Shown here piece after piece: positions 24,955 to 38,070 of a DNA stretch of 64,000 nt. A program made the translations under genes and the position numbers. The notes beneath the pieces were generated by a model. The model did not search any database. It was given only the letters and a program-made list of their open reading frames with translations, and had not been told where the DNA came from. The DNA is from Mobula hypostoma (Eukaryota). Each line of letters opens with the position of its first letter. Position 1 is the first letter of the stretch. The DNA lies in contig NC_086097.1 in NCBI RefSeq assembly GCF_963921235.1, positions 83,206,001-83,270,000 of the forward strand, read 5' to 3'.

Positions 24955-27432
24955 CAGCCCCCACGCCACACCCCTCACCAGAGTTCAATAAGACTGGGAT
25001 TAAGCCTGGCCAGACTTCAGACTAGCCACCTGGCTCGGGTCCTGTGTTCCATGGGTGGAGGAAAAGCTGTTGCCTCTGGTTTATCGAGAGGTGTGTTGAT
25101 ATGCTCATAGTCATGTTGCAACGCCAGGGGCATGGTAGCGGAATCCTCCAAATCTTGGTGGACCAGTTTAAGGCGTTCAGGTTTACCCCTCTTATCTTTG
25201 ATAAAGAGGTCTTTTCTCTCCGTTCCAAAATGAGGAACGGGCCATTGTAAGGGGGCCTAAGGGCATATTGGTGTGATTCATAGCGGACGAAAACAAGTGA
25301 GGCAGAATGTAGGTCAATGAAATTGTGAAATGGCGACCTTCTAGAAGAGAACAAAAATGGTGGACAACCAAATAAAGACTGAGAAGCTCACGGTCAAATG
25401 TACGGTACTTCCGTTTGGGGGAACGGAGCTGCTGGCTGAAGAAGGCAAGTGACTATCACATGCCTCCAACCAACGGTGCACAGCATCCACAGCGGAGTCT
25501 GAAACATCAGTAGTAGTGGGAATAGGTGAGTTGGGGAATGGGTGCGCCAGTAGAGTCGCATTAGAAAGGGGTTGTTTGGTATCATCAAATGCCCTGGTCA
25601 TGTCCACTGACCAGTCAAGCACATGATTAGGGGTATTGCCTTTAAGCACATGATACAGGAGAAGCACAAGTTCAGTAGCTAGCGGAATGAAGCAGTGATA
25701 GAAATTCACCATGCCTGAAAGCTCCTGTTGTTTTTTTAGTAGTGTGGGGTAGTGGGAAATCCATAATAGTGATTATTTTTGATGGGAGGGGTTTTGCACC
25801 TTCTGCAGAGATGCAATGGCTGAGAAAGTCAATGGTTGACAACCGAAAATGGCATTTAGCAGGGTTAATAATCAACCCGTGTTGGCTTAAGTGCTCGAAG
25901 TGTGCAGAAATGAGATACGTGTTTGGATTTGGACACATTGGCGACAAGTATGTCATTCAGGTAAACAAAAAGAAAATCTAATTAATACAGAGTCCATCAG
26001 CTGCTGGAAAGTCTGTGCTGCATTTTTCAGACAAATGGCATGTTCAGAAACTGAAGAAGGCCTAACAGGGTTATCACAGCCATACTGGGAATGGCCTCTG
26101 AGCACACAGGCACCTGATGGTAGGTCTTTGCTGTTGCCAGCTTTTCTAGGTCCAGTCTACACGTGAGGGCATGGACCGGTGGGCCAGTTGTGGAAATGTG
26201 GAGCCCAACCCATGTTTTGAGACTGTAGTGGAGAATGTGGGCTTCGTGAGGTTTGGGAATTCACCCAGCAGTCGAGTAAACTCACATGCAGTGGTGCATG
26301 TGATTGACAGAGTCGTTGTGGAGAACTTGCTGAAGGAGCAGGGTAACTTGCTGAAGGAGCAGGGTAACAACCGAAAGTCCTTGACATCCACAAGCTGACA
26401 CTTTTTAAGATTGACTGATAGTCCCTGGACAGGAAATCTGCACTGAGCAGAGGTCTAGCCACTTTAGCCAAAACAAAGTCCCATGTGTAACATCACCCAC
26501 TGAAGCAGAGTGTCACCCATCATGCTCCATAAGTCTGGATCCTGCTGCCGTTGGCAGCCTCCAGCTAGGTCTTGTCGCTCTTTGTCTTCTCATCAATAGG
26601 TGATGATGGCAGCACACTCACTTGAGCATCCAATCACACATGAAGCATCGCCCTGAAAGGATGTCCGTAATGAACAAAACACAACCCTGGCAGCTAGAAC
26701 TCATGGTGTTCACAGACCTCTGATGTCTTGATGCGCTGGCACTGTCGAAGCTGCAAGGCAGTTGGCGTTTCATAGCGTTGGTACCAAAGCGAGCATGGCA
26801 AAAACACAGGCCCAGTGTCGTCTGTTTCACAGCCTCAGGTGCCCTGATGTTGAGGGCTTTGCTGACCAGGTTTACTGCAGTAGAGAAAGCAGGAGGAATT
26901 ATGCATTCCTGCCTAGCTGAGTATAGACTATCAGCCATTTTAGCAAGCTTCCTATAGTCCATTGTGGGTACATTAGCGAGGGCTATGCGAACTTGATCAG
27001 CCATTTGCTGCACAAAAAGTGCTTTAAAAATAGAACGAGGATGGTGATTTCCCAGGAGAGAGAGCCTGTGGATCATTAGCCGCAATAGCTTAGCATCGAT
27101 GAGGCCAGGCAAGGAGTGCATCTGTTTGGTGCTCTCAGGCTCCAGTAGTCCGAAGGCTGTAAAAAGTGAGTTTTCAGCGATTGTTATTTATCGTATTTAG
27201 GTGGGTTTTCTGGTAGACTCACCACTCTTGCAGCTGCAGAGTTTTGGAGCAAATGTAACACATAGTAGAACTTGGTATCGTTGGTGCTGATTTCTCACAG
27301 CATGAATTGGGCTCAACTTGTACAAACCAAGTAAAGGCATTTTGCTCCCAAAACTCCGGCAGTTTCAAATGGACTGTGTTGGCTGAAATGCTTAATGACT
27401 CTGGAATCGTCTTGGAGCATTAGGGTCATCAG

Positions 27433-27630
27433 TATAGGTTTTCACAAATAAAATGGTGGAGGCATTTATGTTTGAGAAAAAAACCATAGCAATTCATTTA
27501 TTGTATCTCAAACACAGAGCACAAAGTGCAGTGAAAACCTGTATGAAATTACATCATTGTGTCAGAACAGCCTCTTAAAGTGAATCCACCCCCAACTCGA
27601 TGCTGTTTCCACCAATTACATTACCCTACA
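27433..27630 (-). repeat. 5' LTR of the Gypsy element
   Basis: Minus strand TGTAGGGTAATGTAATTGGTGG...AAACCTATA, followed by a degenerate PBS-like CTGATGACCC. Confidence 0.8.
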
Positions 27631-28007
27631 CAATTGAACATGTAACAAAGAACTGCATTGACACAAGCTCTTGACATCATGGGTTTGTTGAGAGGGAGGT
27701 AAAAAGTGTAGCAAATGTCTGCATCTTAAAACTTAAGTGTTGATTTGTTAATTATGACATGACCTGTTGTATACACACAAACCATTCAATTTCAACCTGT
27801 AAAGAATGATGAAAATAATGTCTTGCTTCAGTTTCTGGTTTATCACAGAGACTTTATCACATAATGAAATATTCAAGAATAATTTGTGAAAGGATTTGTT
27901 CAAGGGAGGTATTTTCCTCCACAATTTGAATGTAGTTATTCATGGAGAACCCACTGTGTGATTCTTGCAGCCAGATGGTGCAACAGCAGACATTCTCAAT
28001 TCGTGTA

Positions 28008-29589
28008 CAGGTTTCCCCGGCCATCCGAAGGTAGAGCATTCCTATGAAACGGTTTGTAAGCCAAAATGTCGTAAAGCGAAGAAGCAATTACCATTCATTT
28101 GTGAGCATTCGCAGACCCAAAAATAACCTACCAAATCATGCCAAATAACACATAAAACCTAAAATAACAGTAACATATAGTAAAAGCAGGAATGATATGA
28201 TAAATACACAGCCAATATAAAGTAGAAATACTTTTCCACAATCATTACTGTACTGTTCTCCATAGTGAAAATCTCACGCAAGCACCATCGGCAGAAAATC
28301 TCACGCAAGCGCTGTTGGCAAAAACACTCTCTCCAGTAACCTTTAAGCTATGAAGCTGCCAAATCATACCAAATAACACGTAAAAATACACAGCCTATAT
28401 AAAGTAGAAATAACATACATACAGTGTAGTATCACTTACCAGAATTGGTTCAGCGCCGAGCACACTGATGATGGTGTGTTAGACTGAGTCATCGCAGGTT
28501 GGGTGGTGCAGTGGCCCCCACCCTCCAGGTCGCCAACAGATACCGAACTGCGAAGCATGCAGGGGTCCAGCGGTAACCAGGAGGCACACAGCACATCTTT
28601 AAGACAAAAGCCGAAGTAAGCATGCTAATTAATTAGGTGCCGCCCGGCATGTAATTGTCAGCCCAGATCAGTGCCGATTTCCGATTGCGTCGTCTCTGAC
28701 CTGGGCCAACAATTACGTGTCGGGCGGCACCTAATTAATTAGCATGTTTATTTCGGCTTTTTTTTTTAAAGATATGCTGTGTGCCTCCCGGCTACCGCTG
28801 CATTCTTCGCGAATTGGTACAGTATCTGTCCGGGGCCCGGGTGTTGGGTTGGTGGGAGACGGGGTGTCATCTCATCATCGATCAGGGCAGGCAGCTCATC
28901 TTCTCCTATGACTGCCCGCCTCGATGTCGAAGGTCGAGGTTCGTCGTCTGCTGTGGCTGATGTGGAAGGCTTGCTTGACTGCTGAGCCTCGCGCATTTTT
29001 CTATCACACAGTTCTTTGTAAGGACTCAAACCATGCTGCAAATATCCCCTAAACCTAAGTACCCTTTCAAAATCAAAGTCGTACTTTATCATTGCAGCAA
29101 AAATCTCACGCAGTTGCTTCATGTTCAGTTCCTGGACGACTTCACTTTTGGTCCATTTGCTACTGCATTCAGTTTCAATTGTTATCCTTTCCTCTTCCAA
29201 ATGCATCAGCTCTTCATCTATCTGTTCTTGATCATGGGATGCCAAAACCTCTTCAACATCATCTTCATCAACTTCCACAAGCCAAACTCACTTTGTCCTT
29301 ACTTCGTTCACCACGATCGGCTTTTCCAATACCTTAGAACTCCTCTTGCAAACGGCTGCTCACAGGCTTGTGTTTAGGCAATGCCGGTGAGAATGCCATT
29401 CCAAATCCGGGGGAGAGCAGCTGCTCAGGGCGCGCGCTGCCTTTTATCGCACGCTGATTTTTTCGCGCACTGCTTTTTTTCTGTAGCAGTGAAAACACTT
29501 TTTGTGAAAGCGAAAACAGGGTACTAATGTAGATCTTTCATAACAGTGAGGTTTCGTAAAGCGAACGTTCGAAAAGTGGGGGACACCTG
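28008..29589 (-). mobile_element. Tigger/pogo-type DNA transposon, internally deleted
   Basis: TA|CAGGTTTCCCCG...GGGGGACACCTG|TA. ORF 28766-29278 (EVDEDDVEEVLASHDQEQIDEELMHLEEE) resembles the acidic C-terminus of Tigger transposases; no DDE core visible. Confidence 0.8.
28568..28800. repeat. Long inverted repeat (arms about 104 bp, 24-bp spacer) inside the Tigger element
   Basis: 28568-28671 versus 28696-28800, e.g. CATGCTAATTAATTAGGTGCCGCCCG / CGGGCGGCACCTAATTAATTAGCATG. Confidence 0.9.
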
Positions 29590-31080
29590 TATACAGAGTT
29601 GCCATTCTCCTATCCACATTTGCCTTTTTATTTCTGTGTAATGTTCATGTCAAACATGATGGCAATTCACAATGCTGTAAATAAATAATGTATGTTTTTG
29701 GCAACATAATTCAAGTTATTCTATTAAAATTAGTGTATTGCTTTCGATTTTATTCTTTTTTTTCTTTTGGTATCTTTCAAAGATGTTTTGGTTGTTTGAC
29801 TAAGTTGGATATTTATAATATTAAAACTTGCACTTTTGGTTAATATATTAAGCTGCAATTAAATTGGTAGCAAGAATAATAACAGTTGCTTACTCAAACT
29901 TCTCCATTGCTATGTGTGCTTTTAATGATGTCTATTCTTGAATTTGTCATATCATTGATTTCGTTTTCTGGATTGGTAATAGATGATTGTTAAAGGCAAA
30001 ATACCTACATTTTTAAAGCTACAATTTGAAAGCAAAATGCATACAAACTGAAAATATAGTCTCTTTTGTAGTTATTATTAGTTAAAGTAGAAAATTTCAA
30101 TCACTAAGAATACTTACTATTGCATTTGCACTGGTAAAGTTGTACATTAAATTATAACTTTTGAAAACAATACAAATGTTTCTTTAATGTATAAATAAAT
30201 GAGATGCGGTTAGTACCTGCTATTTACTTTTCTAATCATTTATTTGCAAAATTGCATTGGATTGGGGTAGTTCTATAATGATTTGGCTTGCATCCATTTG
30301 CTTCTCAAATGTTCATTGTTAGTTAAAATTCTAGGCCTTTAACCTTTAAAGCTTCTTGAAAATGTGGTTTCCTTTATTTTCTGTAAGTATAAATTTGAAA
30401 AACTTAGAAAATATAATATACTGAATTACTACATACTTCAAGCTGTTCCAAAAGAGTTAAGTAGACAACCAAGTCTTTCTGAGCCATATGTTCTGTTTTG
30501 TGCACTGGAACTGGTGAAGCCAACAATAACCTTTTGTTTATACAATGCCTTTATTGTTTTAGATTAGTACAATTATGAAGTGAATAAACTGGAATAGTCC
30601 TGGATGTGCGTTAGGATAAGTAAGGAAAGAATTGGTAAAGCTGTCAATGAAGATTTCAGCAATAATTGAGCTAAGACTGTGGCAGAATTGCAGAGGTATA
30701 AGTAGACAGTTTTGAAGGTGTGGATGCTGGTGAAAACTCATCCCAGGGCCATACATGATACCAAGGTTGTAAAAGTTCTGTTTTCTGATAGTTGCCGGAA
30801 CGAGTGGTGGAACTGTTGCATACAGAGTGAAACTTGTGGTAGTGATCTGAGACATTGGCTTTATGTTCTGCCCATATTTAACTGTAGCAAATGCTTGCTT
30901 CCCTAGTACTGGATATTGAATAAGCTGTCTAGATAGTAGGGGATTAAAGAGAAATAGTGATGTGGTGGGCTTGGTGGTCGGCAGCCTATATGTGGACACT
31001 GATATTGGCCGGTACTTCCTGGCAGCAACTAGCTGCTACAATCACACTGACAAAAATATAATCCAGACTTGCCTTTTTGT

Positions 31081-32310
31081 GCAACACGTACACAATATGC
31101 TGGAGAGACTCAGCAGGCCAGGCAGCATCTGTAGAAAAGAATAAACAGGCGAAGCTTTGGGCCAAGACCCTTCAGGACTGGAAAGGAAGGGAAGAAGTCA
31201 GAGTAAGAAGGTGGGGGGAGGGAGGAGGGGAGGAAGAAGTACAAGGTGGTAGGTGAAACCAGGGGAGGGGTGAAGTAAAGATCTGGGAAGTTGATTCATG
31301 AAAGAGATAAAGGGCTGGAGGAGGGGGAATCTGATAGAAGACCATGGGTAGCAGACCATGGAAGAAAGAGAATGGGAAGAAGCACCAGAGGGAGATAATG
31401 GGTGGGTAAGGAGATGAGACGAGAGAGGGAAACAGGAATGGGGAACGGTGAGGGAGGGCACAATTATCGGAAGTTTGAGAAATCGATGTTCATGCCATCA
31501 GGTTGGAGGCTACCTAAGTGGAATACAAGGTGTTGCTCCTCCAACCTGACTGTGGCCTCATCATGCCAGTAGAGGAGGCCATGGACTGATGTCAGAATGG
31601 GAATGGGAAGTGGAATTTAAATGGGTGGCTACAGGGAGATCCCGCTTTTTCTGGTGGACAGAGTGTAGGTACTTGGCTAAGTGATTTCCCAATCTATGTT
31701 GAGTCTCACCAATATCCCGAAGCACTGGATACAGTAGATGATCCCAACAGACTCTCAGGTGAAGTGTCGCCTCACCTGGAAGGATTGTTTGGGACCTTGA
31801 ACGGTAGTGAGGGAGAAGGTGTAGGGGCAGGTTTGGCACTTGTTCTACTTGCAAGGATAGGTACCAGGATGGAGATCAGTTGGGAGGGACGACTAGACAA
31901 GGGAGGCACGTAGGGAGCAATCTCTGCAGAAAGTGAAAGGAGGGAGGGAAAAATATGCTTGGTGATGGGATCCCATCGGAGATGGTGGAAGTTACGGAGA
32001 ATTATGTACTGGACACAGAAGGCTAGTGGGGTGGTAGGTGAGGACAAGAGAAACGCTATCCCTGGTGAGGTGGCGGGAGGATGGGGTGAGGACAGATGTG
32101 ATCAAAATAGAAGAGATGCGGGTGAGGATAGCATTGATGATGGAGGAAGGGAAATCCCTTTCTTTGAAGGAGGAGGACATCTCATTAGTTCTGGAACAAA
32201 AAGCCTGACCTGAGAGCAGATGCTGCAGAGGTACAAGAGCTGAGAAAAGGGATGGCATTTTTACAAGTGACAGGGTGGGAAGAGATACAGTCCAGGTAGC
32301 TGTGAGAATC
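31081..32310 (-). mobile_element. 5'-truncated Penelope-like element (GIY-YIG region plus pLTR), decayed
   Basis: ORF pieces IGETQHRLGNHLAKYLHSV...DLPVATHLNSTSHSHSD and FCSRTNEMSSSFKERDFPSSII; homologous to 59100-60400. Confidence 0.85.
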
Positions 32311-32996
32311 AGGTTTTGTGGATCCAGTGCTGGGTTTACCTCAATACCCTGCATAGCGGCATGCAAACATTGTCACTCTGGTTGGGGGGAACATTGGCAA
32401 AATAAACCCCACCCATGAAATAACCACAAAAAAACCTTGTCTAAGTGTCTAGAAGACACTCAAATACATTCAAAATCGACAAAGCATAAGGCCATTTAAA
32501 ATATCCTGTAAAAATATTAATTTTTCTTTATATTAAAAAACTTAAATATTTAAAACATTTGATGCCCTCTAAAGACCATTTTGGGATTTTAACTGAACTT
32601 GATTACTTAACAAATGTAACACACTAAACCCAGCTTTAGTTCCTGACGGCTATTACATCCCATTCAAATGAATGGATGTGCTATTCCTCCACATGCTTCA
32701 ACCTAGCACAGGTTCTGTTGGTCCCATCCCCTGAGTAACTGCTGAGAAATTGTCCAAAATTTGTATTCCATTCGGCAAGTCAGACCATGGTCAAGAAACG
32801 AATAGCCAAGAGTCACTAGCATGTTTAGGAGTTGTGGGCAGGTGACAGAATTATTGTCTTCAAATAACATCCCTGAAAATCAGCTTATAATTGAGATGTA
32901 TTGTAGGACCAGGTGTTGGACTTCACAGGGTATCGGAGATAATGCTGTGGGAGAGAGAAAAGAAACTATTTTCTGCTTCCAACCAGATTTGTGAAA

Positions 32997-33807
32997 CAGT
33001 GGATTCCCATTAACTTGGATACAATGGGACCAGTACATTTTGGGCCAAGTAAGCTGCTGCCCCAATTAGCCAAAGTTTCACGGAAGTAATTTAAAAAGGT
33101 ACAAAAAAGGCAATGACTGCTTAACTGAGTACCAAATTTTGTATTTAAATGAAATGCTGAACAAATTAGAACACTATCGATACTACTACGGTATTATAAA
33201 ACTGTGTTGATTCCCACTAGTTATTGACAAATCCAGTGTACGCTGCTGAGTTATTTTGATTGACTGTAGATGAACAAAATCAGTGCAGACACCTGGTGTA
33301 GATAATGAAATGCCTTCCTTCGTACAATTTTCAACAATTACATCCTCCAAATCTTCATTTTCATCGTAACATTCAAGATGATTGTTGATACCTTCAAATT
33401 TTTACATAGGGCTTGAAAATGGCAAAACCACTGCTGGTGTTTCTGCCATTTTCAAGCCCTAATGCTTTAAACCACTATCAGCAAAACAGTTTGGAATTAT
33501 TTTAATACTTATTTCTTGCCAACTACCAGTGACAAATGTAACTGCTTTTTGAATGCAAGCACATGCAACAGATTCAACCTTAAAAACTGTTCGCTCTAAG
33601 CACAGTGTAGTGTCTAACAGCCACACAATTGCACGTGACCAATGCTGGTTAGAAAATGTTCGGCAACAATCTCCTGTCCCAATGAAGTGGCAGAGTGTCC
33701 CAAAGAGAATCCCGGCTATTTTTTCAATTAGTTTTTGTTCTTTAAGAGTTGTTCCAAATAAGCAGCTGCTCAGATTAAATAATGGCCCAATTAACCAGAA
33801 TCCATTG
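32997..33807. mobile_element. Non-autonomous Tigger/pogo-type element (MITE-like)
   Basis: Ends CAGTGGATTCCCATTAA and TTAACCAGAATCCATTG|TA, with subterminal CCCAATTA and AAGC.GCTGC repeats. Confidence 0.65.
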
Positions 33808-34534
33808 TATTAGAATCCAGCAGGTACAGTTCAACTCTATTAGATGGAGTGACGTTTTAAGAAATTGGTGAGGTCAAACTTGTCAGTGAATGCAGACAGA
33901 TTCGAGAAGGCAAGGAGAAATAATTTCCTTTTCTTTTACAGTCACAGTGGAAGTAATCTGTGACTTCAGTATGAATCCTGTGGTTGGCAAGGTGACTGGA
34001 TTAGAAGAATTCAGCCATAAGATCTGGGGTTAAAGGACACAGTATTAGGAGACAACAACAACTTAAAGATGAAAAAGAAATCTGAGGATAGTGATTTGTG
34101 AGGATTTGGATGTCAAGGGATAATTTTTACTTTGGTGGTGATAATGAATATTTGAAGGATATCAGGTCCTGTGGAAAAAGAATTGTTAATAGTATCAGCT
34201 GAAACGGGATCCACGTTTTTTAAAAAAAAAATTCGAATGTTCAGTATTTTAATGGGAATAGGATTGAGAATATGGGAAGTTGGTCCAAAGAACTAGCTTA
34301 GTTTGAATGGGGGTAAGAAGGAAGTTGAGAAAGAATCCAGTAAAAAAATGAGAGAGCTTAAGCAAAGGCTGTAATGAACAGAGAAATAGCTGACAGATTG
34401 AGGCAAGAAAAGACAGAGCTGAGCTTATGTATTGATGAAGAAGACCTTGAAGTCATTGTTTCTGATATGATATTGTTAATATTTGTTGAGGTAATGAGGA
34501 AAATGAGAAGTCCTGTCAAAACTAATTGTATTGT

Positions 34535-34671
34535 CAACAACACAAGCTTCTGCAGATGCTGGAAATCTTGACCAATACACACAAAATGCTAGAGAAACCC
34601 AGCAAATCAGGGAGCATCTATGCAGGGGAATAAACAGTCAGCGTTTTGGGCCAAGACCCTTCATCAGAACT
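34535..34671 (-). mobile_element. Penelope-like 3' fragment with a degenerate hammerhead
   Basis: CTGCAGATGCTGGAAATC tail; minus strand AGTTCTGATGAAGGGTCTTGGCCCAAAACGCTGACTG. Confidence 0.7.
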
Positions 34672-34934
34672 CATGTACTGTCACCAGCTTGAAACCGAGT
34701 TGTACGGGGAAAGTTTTGGCCCACAATCTGCGGTCTGCATTGAAGCCACAGCACTTGCCACTGCTCTCAAAGAAGGTTTCTCTTTTGCGCTGCCTGCTCC
34801 AGTCAGTCAACAGTTCAACAGGATCCTTGGCCTCCAACTGTGTTGCCATCAAGTCAGATGAGCATTCGCACATGCTGGAGGAGCAAATCAAAGAGTGAAT
34901 TTCGAATCACTTTTTTAAAAAAAAAACTGTCCGG

Positions 34935-35175
34935 AGGAAAGTTCGGGCAAATTGCAGGGGAAGGTTTTTTACAGAGTAGTGGGAGCCTGGGATGATGGTA
35001 GAGGCTGATACAATAGGGTCATTTAAAAGATTAATAGATGTATAAAGTTGGAGGGTTATGAGCTGAGCAGGAGTGAAAGGTTGGATTGATCGTGGATTAG
35101 GTTTTTGTACGTAAGCATCACACTGTGGGCTGAAGAACCCATACACTATTCGGTGCTGCACTATTCGGTGTTCTG
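34935..35175 (+). mobile_element. CR1 LINE 3' fragment
   Basis: TTTTTTACAGAGTAGTGG...TGGTAGAGGCTGATACAATAGGGTCATTTAA...GTGGGCTGAAG, matching CR1 3' ends. Confidence 0.55.
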
Positions 35176-36290
35176 TGGTCACTGCATAAAACTTAGAAGA
35201 TATGCACGATTGTGCTAGTAACTGAAAGGCTGTAAACACATAAAATTGGTGAGCCAGATTTTGTGGGCAGATTGCCCTACTGCTGCAATTTTGTTGCCCA
35301 AGTGCCTGAGCTTCTGGGTTCATCATGACACAAGTGTCAACAGGCATCACCTGTAAAACCTTGGACAGGAAGAGCAGATGCACCTTTTTGAATAGAGAGG
35401 AGTTAGATATGAAGCAATAATGTGTATTTAAAGTTTACCTCTGTTTCATGGACAGTGGTGTTCCAGATTCCCCCAGGTATCACAACACAGAGCTTTGCTC
35501 TTGAGGACAAGGGTTCTAAGTTGACAGTGGGGAATCTGCAGCAGGTGTGTTTATACTTAACATATGGATCATCACAAGTTCAGGTGGATTGTGACAACAA
35601 GCTGCTGATAGCAAATTCTGGTTCCCTATTTTGAAACATTCACTCAAAGAATTACAATACATGTGCCTAAAGATATTTTTTAAGGCCAGGTATTTTGCTA
35701 AACTTCAAGCTGTGAATTAGGCAAATGTTAAATTTTCAAATGTATTGTGGCCTAGTTTGTAAATGGCTGTAATTCATATCAATTCTAATTGCACTTGATT
35801 GTTCTGGAGAAGGCCGGGTATACAACTTGCTAATGGCATATCAGAATTTTCTGTATTAGACTACATGTGCAAAACTTCAAAGTTGCTGTCATTTTCTTAG
35901 AGGAAGGAGTGTGAATGCTGTGGTTCTGCTATCGTATCTACTACTGAATATTTGTTTCTGTTCCAGCCTGACTCTAATTTTAGGGATTAAATAAAGAGAG
36001 CACAAATGCATGTAAGAAAGCACTGTTTGGGAGAACTACTGTTATTATGGAGTGACAAAAGTTTTTCAGAATGGAGGTATTTTTATTAACTATTTTAAGA
36101 AGACATTGGAGGATTATGTTCACCCAATATATATATATATATTAAATTACAAAAACCTTTTGATAAAATGTCTTGCCTCCTTGGCTGCATCTACAGAAGA
36201 TTGTTAAATAAGATGTTGGATGGAAACTCAGTGATGGATAACAATTAGTGTATTCACGAAAGCATTGAGTAGTAATTCATTGAAGCTGTT

Positions 36291-36315
36291 GTGTGTGTGT
36301 GTGTGTGTGTGTGTG
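36291..36315. repeat. (GT)n microsatellite
   Basis: About 12 GT units. Confidence 0.95.
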
Positions 36316-36879
36316 GAACCTCCACAATTTCAACAGCAATCTGTATTTAGACTGTTGCTGTGCATTAGAAACAGAAGTTTTTCGACTGTGATTTAAATAA
36401 CAAATGTTTACAATTGATGGCCTGCAGATGATAGAAAACATAAGATAATGTTAGTTACAGATTTCTAATGTAATTGCCCATTATGATGATTAAGTGCTGT
36501 GTGATGCATTTGCATTTCAGGCATTGTGCAGGGTACCGATGAAGTGATGGCCTTGACCCTGTGTTAGAATTCTTGTCTCCATATCATTTTAGCCCAACAC
36601 TTCAAATGTCACTTAAGGGAGGATTCTGGTGGTGCCCATTTTTGGGCAATGAATTAAACCAAGATACTCTTGTCCTGTTCTAGTGAGTACATAATACAAA
36701 ATGAAGATGAAGTGAGTTCTCCATTAACCTGGCTTACATTAATCCCTGAACAAACTTTACTTAAGGTATTTTCTCTTCTTCCTTGTTGCTGTATGTGACA
36801 CTTGGAGTTACCTATGACAAAGTCACAAAGTTTGGCGTACATTTATTATTGAAGTACTTGTATGTCACCAAGATGTTGG

Positions 36880-37535
36880 AAAAGATTTGTAGCTCGAGTT
36901 GAGGATGTTGTTGTTGAGTGGCTCTCCGAGCTGGCTTGTTAGCTTGCAGGCGTCTCGTTACCCAGCTAGGCAACATCATCAGTGCAATTTCGAATGACAT
37001 GTTGGTAATTGTCACTTCGGCGTCAAGTTGTCAGCCCAGAGCCAAGAGCCAATTCACACCTGACTACATGCGTCAATCAATGAGGACGATGTTAATCCTA
37101 CATAACGTCGACTATCTCAGCCCGGACAACAATTATCACCTGATCGGATTTTAACAAACCAATCGTGGATTACATAATCAGTAACCAATAGAAATGGGAC
37201 TCTCTCACCCCCCTCTCTCACCCCCCTCTCTCACCCCCCTCTCTCACCCCCCTCTCTCTCCCCCTCTCTCCCCCCTCTCTCCCCCCTCTCTCCCCCCTCT
37301 CTCCCCCCTCTCTTCCCCCTCTCTCCCTCTCCTCTCCCCCCTCTCCTCTCCCCCCTCTCCTCTCCCCCCTCTCCTCTCCCCCTCCCCCCCTCTCTCCCCC
37401 TCCCCCTGACACATAAAAGACGAACAATTACCAACATGTCATTCCAAGTTACACTGATGATATTGCCTAGCTGGGTAACAACATGTCTGCAAGCTAATAA
37501 GGCAGTTCAGTGAGCTACTGAACGACAACAATAAC
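36880..37535. mobile_element. Inverted pair from a second Penelope-like family, each arm with a decayed hammerhead
   Basis: 36904-37013 is the reverse complement of 37423-37535. Each arm has CTGATGA-T-(G/A)TTGCCTAGCTGGGTAAC-(GAAACGTC variant)-TGCAAG. Confidence 0.7.
37199..37406. repeat. C/T-rich low-complexity tract (CCCCCTCTCT-like units)
   Basis: About 200 nt of nearly pure polypyrimidine on the plus strand. Confidence 0.95.
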
Positions 37536-37544
37536 AACATATAT

Positions 37545-38070
37545 GTTACCATATACAGCAAACATATGTCACCATATACAGCATATGCAGTAAGTCCAAG
37601 AAACATAATAGAATCAAAGACCATACCCAACAGGACCAACAAACAACCAATGTGTAAAGGCCAACAAACTACAAATACAAAAGAGAAACAAATAATAATA
37701 ATAATTAATAAATAAGCAAAAAATATTGACAACATGAGATGAAGAGTCCTTGAAGGTGAATCCATAGATTATGGATCAGTTCAGTGATGGGGTGAGTGAA
37801 GTTATCCCGTTTGGTTCAAGATCCTGATGGTTGTGGGGTAATAACTGTTTCTGAACCTGGCAGTATGGGTCCTGAGTTCTTGTACTTTCTTCCTGATGGC
37901 CACAGTGAGAAGACACCACAGCTTGGATGGTGGGGATCCTTGGTGACAGCACTCTGTGTAGCTTTATCCGTGATGGACTGAGCCATATTCACTACTTGTA
38001 GGATTTTCTGTTCAAGGGCATTGGTGATTCCTTACCTGGCTGTTCTGCAACCAGTCAATAAACTCTTCAA
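37545..38070 (-). mobile_element. Rex1-like LINE 3' fragment, decayed
   Basis: GGTTCAAGATCCTGATGGTTGTGGGGTAATAACTGTTTCTGAACCTGG...CTTCCTGATGG, similar to 14460-14600. Confidence 0.6.

Larger units (their letters stand above)
24749..27630 (-). mobile_element. Internally deleted Gypsy LTR retrotransposon with both LTRs
   Basis: Direct repeats 24749-24954 and 27433-27630. Gag-like FKLPEFWEQNAFTWFVQ (about 27320-27370) and ORF 26618-27121; RT remnant GLIINPAKCHF...IDFLSHCISAEGAKPLP; RNase H remnant NATLLAHP...TTDVSDSAV; integrase tail LRPPYNGPFLILER. Confidence 0.85.

Noticed and set aside
24740..27640. TSD of the Gypsy element
   Set aside because: The flanks (GAAGG versus CAATT) do not match, and the left end is obscured by a (TGAAGG)3 slippage.
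37194..37437. Pro/Ser-rich or Gly/Glu/Arg-rich proteins
   Set aside because: These are translations of a low-complexity tract.
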